Shown one piece after another: positions 38,232 through 46,303 of a DNA stretch of 64,000 nt; position 1 is the stretch's first letter, and every line of letters starts with the position of its first letter. Origin of the DNA: Vicinamibacteria bacterium (GTDB lineage: Bacteria > Acidobacteriota > Vicinamibacteria > Marinacidobacterales > Marinacidobacteraceae); NCBI GenBank assembly GCA_963555995.3, contig OY821641.1:2720001-2784000 (forward strand), written 5' to 3'. A model generated the notes under the pieces. That model searched no databases, was not told where the DNA came from, and saw nothing but the letters and a program-made list of their open reading frames with translations. Position numbers and translations under genes: made by a program.

Positions 38232-39067
38232 CGGATCAGCTCGAAATCGGGAGCTTCGGGAACCACCCCGGCGCGCTCGGCCATCGAGAAGAGGACCCGG
38301 AGCGCGGCTTCGCCGGAGTCCCCCATGTCGCGGGTGAGCGCCGAGACGTACATCTTGACGAACTTCCGCCCCAGCTCCCGCTCGAGTCCGCGGCCGAAGA
38401 GGAGCGCGTAGTCGAGGGCTTCGTCCTCGTTCGCGTAGGCCCAGTCAATGCTCGCCCGCATCGCCCGGTTCACTTCGATCGCCAGATCCCGCCCGAGGTC
38501 ACGGCGCACCACGTCGAGTCCGAGCGGCAACGGCAGCCCGTGCTCCTCCTCGAAGCGGACCCCGAAGTCCGAGAGCAGGTGGAACCCGCGCGCCTCGTAG
38601 GTGAGCTGTCCCTCGTGGATGACGACGCCGGCTTCGGCGCGGCCCGCTTCGACCGTTTCAAAGATCCGGTCGAACGGCACGAGGACGGGCTCGAACTCCC
38701 CGATGTAACAGCGGGCCAGCAGCGCCGCGGTGGTCCGCGGACCGGGGATCGCCACCCGGCGTCCGCGCAGGTCCTCGAGGCTTCCGGCCTTCCGGCTCAC
38801 CACCACCGGCCCGTAGCCCTCTCCCATGCTGGCCCCGGTCGCCATGATCCAGTAGCGGTCCGCGACCGACAGGTAGGCGTGCGCGGAGATGGCGGTGATC
38901 GGCAGCTCGCCGGCGAGCGCCCGATCGTTCAGGCTCTCGATGTCCTCGAGGACGTGTTCGACCTGGTAGTCGCGGATGCGCACCGCGCCCTTCGCGAGGG
39001 CGCAGAACATGAAGGCGTCGTCCGGGTCGGGGCTGTGCCCGACCCGCAGGATGGGAGGAGGGGTCAC
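38228..39067 (-). CDS. mqnD: 1,4-dihydroxy-6-naphthoate synthase (futalosine pathway)
   Basis: GHSPDPDDAFMF, DIESLN, GYGP, PGPRTTA, IHEGQLTY, PLPLG; GTGA overlap. Confidence 0.9.
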   Translation of the reverse strand: MTPPPILRVGHSPDPDDAFMFCALAKGAVRIRDYQVEHVLEDIESLNDRALAGELPITAISAHAYLSVADRYWIMATGASMGEGYGPVVVSRKAGSLEDLRGRRVAIPGPRTTAALLARCYIGEFEPVLVPFDRIFETVEAGRAEAGVVIHEGQLTYEARGFHLLSDFGVRFEEEHGLPLPLGLDVVRRDLGRDLAIEVNRAMRASIDWAYANEDEALDYALLFGRGLERELGRKFVKMYVSALTRDMGDSGEAALRVLFSMAERAGVVPEAPDFELIR

Positions 39068-39723
39068 GGATGGGTTCCTTTCGTTTCGGAGCGCGAAGGC
39101 CGGGAAGTATCCCCTGTCACGCAAGCGGCGGCCCGGTCCACGCATTCGTCGTCCCAGTCCGCCGGGAAGATGAGATCGGCGACGTCCCCGGCCCCGCCGA
39201 GGTAGCGGCGCTGCGCCGGGATCACCATGTGCTCGAACCGTTCCCGGACCTCGGCCGGCGTATAGGCGCGCTCCGCGCCGTCCCTCGCGATGCGCCGGCG
39301 GAGAAGCACGTCGAGATCGCCCTCCAGCAGGATGCGGAGGTCCGCCGCTTCCCGCACCCGCGCATCCCAAAAGGCGAACACCCCTTCCGCGATCACCAGC
39401 CTTGTCGGGCCGAGGGAGCCGGTTGTCCGGCGCGCGCCCGTCGAGAAGTCGTAGTCCAGATCGGGGACCGAACCCCCGGCGCGGAGCGCCTCGAGGTGTC
39501 CGGCGAAGCGATCGAGGTCGTACGACGCCGGCTCGTCGTAGTTGACGTCCGCACGCTCGGCGCGGGAGAGGTGCGAGGTGTCCCGGTAGTAGTCGTCCTG
39601 CGACAGCACGACCGCCTGCCAGGCCGGGAGCCGCGCCGCCAGCGCCCGGGCGAAACGGGTCTTCCCGGTGCACGTCCAACCGGCGACGGCCACCACGCGG
39701 ACGGTGTCGGGCGCAGCGATCAG
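39064..39723 (-). CDS. udk: Uridine kinase family protein (start CTG 39723 or a GTG a few codons downstream)
   Basis: AGWTCTGKT, QDDYYRD, NYDEP, EGVF, RRIARD. Confidence 0.8.
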   Translation of the reverse strand: MIAAPDTVRVVAVAGWTCTGKTRFARALAARLPAWQAVVLSQDDYYRDTSHLSRAERADVNYDEPASYDLDRFAGHLEALRAGGSVPDLDYDFSTGARRTTGSLGPTRLVIAEGVFAFWDARVREAADLRILLEGDLDVLLRRRIARDGAERAYTPAEVRERFEHMVIPAQRRYLGGAGDVADLIFPADWDDECVDRAAACVTGDTSRPSRSETKGTHP

Positions 39724-41210
39724 GACTCTCCTGGATCCCGGTGGAGCGCTCGTTCGAGCGCGGCCCGGGCCTCGCGAGCGTCCGCTTTCCCGCGGAGCTC
39801 GCGCATCAACTGCCCCACGAAGAACCCGATCACCTTCTTCCTGCCCGCGCGGTAGGCGTCCCGGTCCGCGGGGTGTTCGGTGACGAGCCGGGCGGCGATC
39901 TCGTCGAGGCGCGACCCGCCCGCGAGGTCGGCGAACCCGAGCTCCGCCATGAGTGCGCGGGCCGGGCGCCCGGTGTCGCACATCGCCTGGAAGACCTCCC
40001 GCGCGGCGTTGCGCGGCAACTCCCTCGCCGCCAGCAGGTGCACGAGCTCGCCGAGCCGTTCCGGAGGCGCGGCGAGCCGTCCGTCCTGCTTCTCCCGGGA
40101 GGCGACCTCGGTGGTGATCCAGCCCGCCGCCACGGCCGCAGCCTGGACGACGGGAGAACCGGCGGCCGTCGCCGCGGCCACCGTCGCCTCGTAGTAGTCC
40201 GCCAGCTCGCGGCGCGCGGCGATCCGCTCGGCCTGGTCGGCGGCGATCCCGTGCTCGCTCCGGTAACGGGCGGCGCGCTCACGCGGGAATTCGGGGAGTC
40301 CGCGGCGCGCCGCCTCGAGCAGTCCTTCCGGAAGCCGCAGCGGGGGAAGGTCGGGGTCGGGGAAGTAGCGGTAGTCCTCGGCCTCCTCCTTGCTCCGCAT
40401 GGGCTCGGTCACCCCGCGCGCCTCGTCGTAGAGGCGGGTCTCCTGAACGACCTTCCCTCCGGCAGCCAGGACTTCGCGCTGGCGCCGTTCCTCGTATTCC
40501 AGCGCCCGCTGGAGGAACCGGAACGAGTTCAGGTTCTTGAGCTCCACCTTGACCCCGTAGTTCGGGTCGCCCTGCCGCCGGACCGAGACGTTGCCGTCCA
40601 TCCGCAGGTTGCCCTTCTCCATGTCGGCGTCGGACACCCCGCAATAGACGATGCGGCTCCTCAGTTCCCGGGCGTAGGCGCACGCCTCGGCGGCCGAGCG
40701 CAGGTCGGGGTCGCTCACGATCTCGATGAGGGGCACGCCGGCGCGGTTGAAGTCCACGCCGCTTCGCCGGTCCGACCCGGGGAACCCCTCGTGAACCAGC
40801 TTGCCGGCGTCCTCCTCGATCTGGATCCGGTTGATCCCGACGTCGCGGTCCACCGGCTCCCCGTTCCGCTCCGCATCCAGCCGGATGTGGACGGACCCCG
40901 CCTCCGCGAGCGGAAACTCGTACTGGGTGATCTGGTAGCCCTTGGGGAGATCGGGATAGAAGTAGTGCTTCCGCTCGAAGACCGACTCCTCGTTGACTTC
41001 GCAGTCGAGGGCGAGCCCGGCGAGCACCGCGAGCTCCACCGCCCGGCGGTTCGGCACCGGGAGCGCTCCCGGAAGGCCGTAGCACACGGGGCAGAGGTGC
41101 GTGTTCGGGGGCGAGCCGAACTCGTTGCGGCAACCGCAGAAGAGCTTGGTCCGGGTATCGAGCTGGACGTGTACCTCCAGCCCGATGACGGTCTCGAACG
41201 GATCGGCCAC
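39720..41210 (-). CDS. gatB: Asp/Glu-tRNA amidotransferase subunit B
   Basis: IGLEVHVQL, YFYPDLPKGYQITQY, EEDAGK, ELKNLNS, DYRYFPDPDL. Confidence 0.97.
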   Translation of the reverse strand: MADPFETVIGLEVHVQLDTRTKLFCGCRNEFGSPPNTHLCPVCYGLPGALPVPNRRAVELAVLAGLALDCEVNEESVFERKHYFYPDLPKGYQITQYEFPLAEAGSVHIRLDAERNGEPVDRDVGINRIQIEEDAGKLVHEGFPGSDRRSGVDFNRAGVPLIEIVSDPDLRSAAEACAYARELRSRIVYCGVSDADMEKGNLRMDGNVSVRRQGDPNYGVKVELKNLNSFRFLQRALEYEERRQREVLAAGGKVVQETRLYDEARGVTEPMRSKEEAEDYRYFPDPDLPPLRLPEGLLEAARRGLPEFPRERAARYRSEHGIAADQAERIAARRELADYYEATVAAATAAGSPVVQAAAVAAGWITTEVASREKQDGRLAAPPERLGELVHLLAARELPRNAAREVFQAMCDTGRPARALMAELGFADLAGGSRLDEIAARLVTEHPADRDAYRAGRKKVIGFFVGQLMRELRGKADAREARAALERALHRDPGES

Positions 41211-41229
41211 CGGGTGGGGGACGGAACCG

Positions 41230-43014
41230 TCAGGCGTAGAGCGCTTCGATGAGGTCGGCGTACCGCTCCGCCACCACCCGGCGCTTCACCTTCATCGTCG
41301 GCGTCAACTCCCCGCTCTCGATGGTGAAGGCCGCCGTCACCACGGCGATCTTCTTGACCTGCTCGAAGGAGGCGAGTCCTTCGCTCAGCCGGTTGATCTC
41401 GGCCATCAGGTGGGCCTGGACCCGCTCGTCGCCGGCCATCGCCTCCGGACTGTCGGCCGGGATTTCCTCGCCTTCGCACCACCTCCCGAGCTGCTCGAAG
41501 TCCGGCGCCACGAGCGCCGAGAGGTACGGCTTGCCATCGCCGACCATCACCAATTCGGCGATATAGACGCTCGACTTCAGCGTTCCCTCGATCGGTTGCG
41601 GGGCGACGTTCTTGCCCCCCGCGGTAACGAGCAGGTCCTTCTTGCGGTCCGTGATGCGCAGGAAGCCGTCCTCGTCGAACTCCCCGACGTCGCCGGTGTG
41701 GAACCAACCGTCCACGATGGCTTCGTTCGTAGCCGCCTCGTTCCCGAAGTAGCCCTTCATCACGTTGTGGCCGCGGCAGAGGATCTCTCCGTCCTCGGCG
41801 ATCTTGACGTCCACGCCGCGGATCGGGAGCCCCACGGTGCCGAACCGGAAGCGGTCCCGCCGGTTCACGGTGATGACGGGGGAGGTCTCGGTGAGGCCGT
41901 AGCCCTCGATCACGACCCAGCCCGCCGCCAGGAAGAACTCGGCGACATCGCGGGGCAGCGCCGCTCCTCCGGAGACGAACAGGCCCATGCGGCCGCCCAT
42001 GCGGGCGTGGAGCTTGCTGAAGACCAGCTTGGTCGCGAGGCCGTACTTGAACTTCAGGCCCGCCGGCACCGGGGCGCCTGCCTGGCGGTGCTTGCCCACC
42101 GCGTACCCGACCGAGAACGCCCAGTGGAAGATCTTCTGCTTCAGGGGGCTGCCGGCCGCCGCCGATTCGAGGACCTTGTCCCGCATCTTCTCGTAGAAGC
42201 GCGGCACGCACGCCATCACGGTGGGATGCACCTCGCCGATGTTCTGGACCAGGGTGTCCATGCTCTCGGCGATGGCGATGGTCACCCCGGCGTGGGGGTA
42301 GAGGTAGTGCGCCACCATGCGGGCGAACACATGGCTGTAGGGCAGCACCGAAATCGCCCGCTCGTCCGAAGAAAACGTGATCGCCTCGTGGGCGGCGAGG
42401 GTGTTCTGGACCAGGTTCTGCTGGGTCAGCATCACGCCCTTCGGGTTCCCGGTGGTTCCCGAGGTGTAGATGAGCGTGGCCACGTCGTCCCCGGAGACCG
42501 CTTCCGCCAGCCGCTGGGGAGCTCCGGAGTCCACCGAGCGGGCGCTCTTGCCGGCGTCCACCACGACCGACCAGGGCTGAAATCCGGAGTCCGCCGCCGG
42601 CGAATCCAGGGTGAACACCATCTCGACGTCGGGCAGGTCATCCCGGACCGCGGCGATCTTCGTCTGCTGTTCCGCGGTAGAGGCGATCACCACCCGCGCC
42701 CGCGAGTCCCGGATGATGTAGGCCGCCTGCTGCGCGGTCAGGGTCGGGTAGATCGGAACCGTGACCGCGCCCAGGATCTGGAGCCCCGCCTCGATGGTGA
42801 ACCACTCGAGCCGGTTCTCGGACAGCAGCACCACCCGGTCTCCCCGCTGCACACCGCGCACCGAGAGGCCGACCGCGGCGTCCCGCGCGGCATCGAGCCA
42901 CGCGGCGGACGAGAGCTTCTTCCACTCGCCGTCCTGTTTGTGGAGGATGGCGTCTGCCTTGTCGTGCCGCTCGCACGCAGCGGCGAAGAGCTGGTTGAGG
43001 GTCTGGGCTTCCAT
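41230..43014 (-). CDS. Long-chain fatty acid--CoA ligase
   Basis: IYTSGTTGNPKG, EGYGLTETSP, WFHTGD, ELTPTMK. Confidence 0.93.
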   Translation of the reverse strand: MEAQTLNQLFAAACERHDKADAILHKQDGEWKKLSSAAWLDAARDAAVGLSVRGVQRGDRVVLLSENRLEWFTIEAGLQILGAVTVPIYPTLTAQQAAYIIRDSRARVVIASTAEQQTKIAAVRDDLPDVEMVFTLDSPAADSGFQPWSVVVDAGKSARSVDSGAPQRLAEAVSGDDVATLIYTSGTTGNPKGVMLTQQNLVQNTLAAHEAITFSSDERAISVLPYSHVFARMVAHYLYPHAGVTIAIAESMDTLVQNIGEVHPTVMACVPRFYEKMRDKVLESAAAGSPLKQKIFHWAFSVGYAVGKHRQAGAPVPAGLKFKYGLATKLVFSKLHARMGGRMGLFVSGGAALPRDVAEFFLAAGWVVIEGYGLTETSPVITVNRRDRFRFGTVGLPIRGVDVKIAEDGEILCRGHNVMKGYFGNEAATNEAIVDGWFHTGDVGEFDEDGFLRITDRKKDLLVTAGGKNVAPQPIEGTLKSSVYIAELVMVGDGKPYLSALVAPDFEQLGRWCEGEEIPADSPEAMAGDERVQAHLMAEINRLSEGLASFEQVKKIAVVTAAFTIESGELTPTMKVKRRVVAERYADLIEALYA

Positions 43015-43092
43015 GGAACACCTCCGAACCCGTGATCTTATTCAACTGGGGTCGGACCAGCGTTCCCCGGTACCGGGCCCGACGGCGCCCCC

Positions 43093-43150
43093 GGCTTGGA
43101 ACGCCGGTCTCCAGACCGGCACAGCGGCGCTCCGCGCCGCGCACGGCGCC
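43093..43150 (+). repeat. REP-like two-hairpin element
   Basis: GGCTTGGAACGCCGGTCTCCAGACCGGCACAGCGGCGCTCCGCGCCGC. Confidence 0.9.
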
Positions 43151-43338
43151 GCGCGCCTCCACTTCACGACGAACCGGCTCCCAACCCCGAACCCCCCCGG
43201 GCGATCCCCCCATGCTCGACCAGCGTGCCGCTTTTCGTCCGGTGACGCCCTGAAAAAGGCGCTCCGGGGACGCTGATCGGGGCCGCCGGGAGGGTCCTGC
43301 CGGAGACCGCTGCCCCTCGGGAGACCAGCCGCCCGGTC

Positions 43339-43347
43339 TGCTAGGAT
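43339..43347 (+). promoter_or_regulatory. Putative extended -10 promoter element of accD
   Basis: TGCTAGGAT (TGnTAnnnT) 11 nt before the ATG. Confidence 0.5.
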
Positions 43348-43358
43348 GCCCGGCTCAA

Positions 43359-44288
43359 ATGCCGGACAGCCCCGCCCCGGCCGGCGCCAGCAGCGACAAC
43401 CGTCCGGGACCCCAGGTGCCGCAGGGCCTCTTCGTACGGTGCGAGGGGTGTTCGGAAATCGTCTACGGGCGGGCGCTCCGGGAGAATCTCGAGGTCTGCC
43501 CGCGCTGCGATTTCCACCTGCGGCTCGGGGCGCGCGAGCGCATCGAGATGCTGGTTGACGAGGGGGTCTATCGGGAGATTTCCGCAGGCATCCGCTCCAA
43601 CGATCCCCTCCGCTTCCGCGACCGGGTGGACTATGCCGACCGGCTCCGCAGGGGCGCCGAAAAGACCGGTCTCGACGACGCCGTCATCGTGGTGCGCGCC
43701 GAGATCGAGCGCACACCGGTCGTCCTCGCCGTCATGGAGTACGCGTTCATCGGCGGCAGTATGGGCGTGGTGGTGGGCGAGCAGATCACCCGCGCGGTGG
43801 AAGCGGCCTGCGAGGCGCGGATCCCCCTGATCGTGGTTTCCTGTTCGGGCGGCGCCCGGATGCAGGAAGGCGCGCTCTCGCTCATGCAGATGGCCAAGAT
43901 CTCGTCGGCGCTCGCGGTGCTGGACGATGCGGGTCTGCCCTACATCTCGATACTCACCCATCCGACGACCGGGGGTGTCACGGCGAGCTACGCGATGCTC
44001 GGTGACATGAACCTTGCGGAGCCCGGAGCGCTGATCGGCTTCGCCGGTCCCCGCGTGATCCAGCAGACGATCCGCGGCGAACTGCCTCCCGGCTTCCAGC
44101 GTTCCGAATTCCTGCTCCGCCACGGGATGCTCGACCGGGTGGTCCACCGCCGGGACCTGCGCGGTGTGCTGGGCGGTTTCCTGCGATTCATGTACGAACC
44201 CGCCGAAGCCGCGGCTTCGGTGGAGAAGGACGCCGCCGCCACGGTGCAGACCGCACCGGAGCCGGCGCTCGTCCGCACCGCCCGGTAG
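43359..44288 (+). CDS. accD: Acetyl-CoA carboxylase carboxyltransferase beta subunit
   Basis: CEGC..CPRC, GGSMG, SGGARMQEG, PTTGGV, GFAGPRVI. Confidence 0.96.
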   Translation: MPDSPAPAGASSDNRPGPQVPQGLFVRCEGCSEIVYGRALRENLEVCPRCDFHLRLGARERIEMLVDEGVYREISAGIRSNDPLRFRDRVDYADRLRRGAEKTGLDDAVIVVRAEIERTPVVLAVMEYAFIGGSMGVVVGEQITRAVEAACEARIPLIVVSCSGGARMQEGALSLMQMAKISSALAVLDDAGLPYISILTHPTTGGVTASYAMLGDMNLAEPGALIGFAGPRVIQQTIRGELPPGFQRSEFLLRHGMLDRVVHRRDLRGVLGGFLRFMYEPAEAAASVEKDAAATVQTAPEPALVRTAR

Positions 44289-44311
44289 AGCCGGCGACCC
44301 CTTCCGCTTCG

Positions 44312-44498
44312 CTAGTAGCCTGTGGACAAAGTGACGGGAGCACCGAGAACGGTGAGGCGCCCGGCTGACAAGGCGCGTGAGGGAGGAATACCAGGTGTAT
44401 TCCGACCGAAACGCAACGATGAGGGCCGCATTGCGGCCCGGTTCAGGCGGGATGCATCGCCGTTCGAATGCCGCGTGACTTTGTCCACAGGCTGCTAG
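44312..44498 (+). mobile_element. MITE family A copy abutting the folC ATG
   Basis: CTAGTAGCCTGTGGACAAAGT...ACTTTGTCCACAGGCTGCTAG|ATG. Confidence 0.9.
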
Positions 44499-45905
44499 AT
44501 GCGCTACGAGGAGGCGCTCGCTTTCCTGAAGAGCCGCGAGCAGTTCCACGTCAAGGTGGGAACCCGGAACATCCGGCTGCTCGCCCGGGCGCTCGGCCAC
44601 CCCGAGCACCGGTTCCCGGCGGTGGTGGTCGCGGGGACGAACGGCAAGGGTTCCACGGTCGCCGTTCTGGACTCGATCCTCCGGGCCCACGGGCTGCGGG
44701 TGGGCCGCTTCACCTCGCCCCATCTCGTTTCCATCAGCGAGCGCATCCTGGTGGACGGCCGCCAGCTTCCGGACGACGAGTTCGCAGGCCTGATCCATGA
44801 CATCGCCGGTGCGGCCGAGGGCCTGCCGCCGGATCAGCAGCCGTCGTTCTTCGAGACCATCACCGGGGCCGCCTTCCTCGCCTTCGCCCGGCACGAGGTG
44901 GACGCGGCCGTCTTCGAGGTCGGGATGGGCGGGCGGTGGGACGCCACGACCGCGACCGACGCGCCGCTCGGGCTCGTGACCCGCATCGCGCTGGATCACG
45001 AGCGCTATCTGGGCCGGACGGTGCGCGAGATCGCCGGCGAGAAGGGGGCGGTGGCGCGGCCCGGCGGTGAACTGCTGGTCGCCCGGCAGGAACCCGAGGC
45101 GGCCGAGGTTCTGAGAGCCAGCGCCCGGGACCGCGGCGCCCGCTTCCGGGACGTGGCCCGGGAAACGACCCTGGACTTCACGGTCCACCGAACGGGCGCC
45201 GCCGGGACCCTTTCGACCCCCGTAGCGGCCTACGACGAGCTCTGGTTGCCGCTTCCCGGCGGGCATCAGTTGGACAACCTGGCGCTCGCGGTCCGGGGAG
45301 CGGAGCGGCTCTTCGCCCGAGAGGGACTCGGCAGCCTCGACCCGGTCCGGGTCCGGCAGGGCGTCTCCGCGGTCCGGTGGCCCGGACGGCTGGAATGGCT
45401 GCCCGCCGACGAAGGCCGCCCACGCCTCCTCCTCGACGCGGCCCACAACCCGAGCGGCGCCGAACGACTCTCGGAGTACCTGGACACGCTGGGGCGGAAC
45501 GGGCAGCGGGTACTGGTCTTCGGGGCCAGTCGCGACAAGCGGGTCGAGGAGATGCTGGCGCCGCTCGCGCCGCACTTCCAGCGGGTGCTGCTGACCGCCG
45601 CGGCCACCCGGCGCGCGCTCCCGACCGCCGACCTGAAGGCGAGCGCGGAGCGCGTGTTCGCCGGAAACGGCGCCCGCGCGGAAGCCGTCGAGGACGTGCC
45701 GCAAGCGCTCGCCAAGGCGTACCGGCTTGCCGGCCGGCAGGGCGAGGTGGTGATCGCCGGCTCCATCTTCCTCCTCGGGGACGCCCTTCGGGAGCTCCGC
45801 GGGGAGCGAGCCGAGAGCAACGATGCGGACGTGATCGAGATGCCCGTGCTCCCGACGGAACCGTCCGGCCAGACCGGGACCGAGCGGCGGTCTTCCGCCG
45901 CCTGA
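44499..45905 (+). CDS. folC: Folylpolyglutamate/dihydrofolate synthase
   Basis: VAGTNGKGS, FTSPHL, EVGMGGRWDAT, WPGRLE, DAAHNP, GSIFL. Confidence 0.95.
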   Translation: MRYEEALAFLKSREQFHVKVGTRNIRLLARALGHPEHRFPAVVVAGTNGKGSTVAVLDSILRAHGLRVGRFTSPHLVSISERILVDGRQLPDDEFAGLIHDIAGAAEGLPPDQQPSFFETITGAAFLAFARHEVDAAVFEVGMGGRWDATTATDAPLGLVTRIALDHERYLGRTVREIAGEKGAVARPGGELLVARQEPEAAEVLRASARDRGARFRDVARETTLDFTVHRTGAAGTLSTPVAAYDELWLPLPGGHQLDNLALAVRGAERLFAREGLGSLDPVRVRQGVSAVRWPGRLEWLPADEGRPRLLLDAAHNPSGAERLSEYLDTLGRNGQRVLVFGASRDKRVEEMLAPLAPHFQRVLLTAAATRRALPTADLKASAERVFAGNGARAEAVEDVPQALAKAYRLAGRQGEVVIAGSIFLLGDALRELRGERAESNDADVIEMPVLPTEPSGQTGTERRSSAA

Positions 45906-45937
45906 CCGGTCGGTACACTCCGGCCCGCTCACGCCCG

Positions 45938-46303
45938 ATGCGTCTCTCCCACCACTTCGGCCTCACCCTGCGCGAAGCCCCCGCCGGAAGGGAACGCCGG
46001 TCTTCAGACCGGCAATGCGGCCCGAAGGGCCGCGAATATCCACGGCAATCAGCTTCTCTGACCGCGACTCTGGAAAACCCCACCGCCCACCCCTGATGCG
46101 TCTCTCCCGCCACTTCGGCCTCACCCTGCGCGAAGCCCCCGCCGGAAGGGAACGCCGGTCTTCAGACCGGCACTGCGGCCCGAAGGGCCGCGAATATCCA
46201 CGGCAATCAGCTTCTCTGACCGCGACTCTGGAAAACTCCGCCGCCCACCCCTGATGCGTCTCTCCCGCCACTTCGGCCTCACCCTGCGCGAAGCCCCCGC
46301 CGG
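45938..46303 (+). repeat. 158-bp tandem repeat (2.3 copies): first 50 nt of proS plus a REP-led 108-nt segment
   Basis: ATGCGTCTCTCCC at 45938, 46096, 46254; REP at 45990 and 46148. Confidence 0.95.

Noticed and set aside
45906-46253. T-box riboswitch upstream of proS
   Set aside because: No GGTGGNACC T-box motif or U-tailed terminator; the region is explained by the tandem duplication
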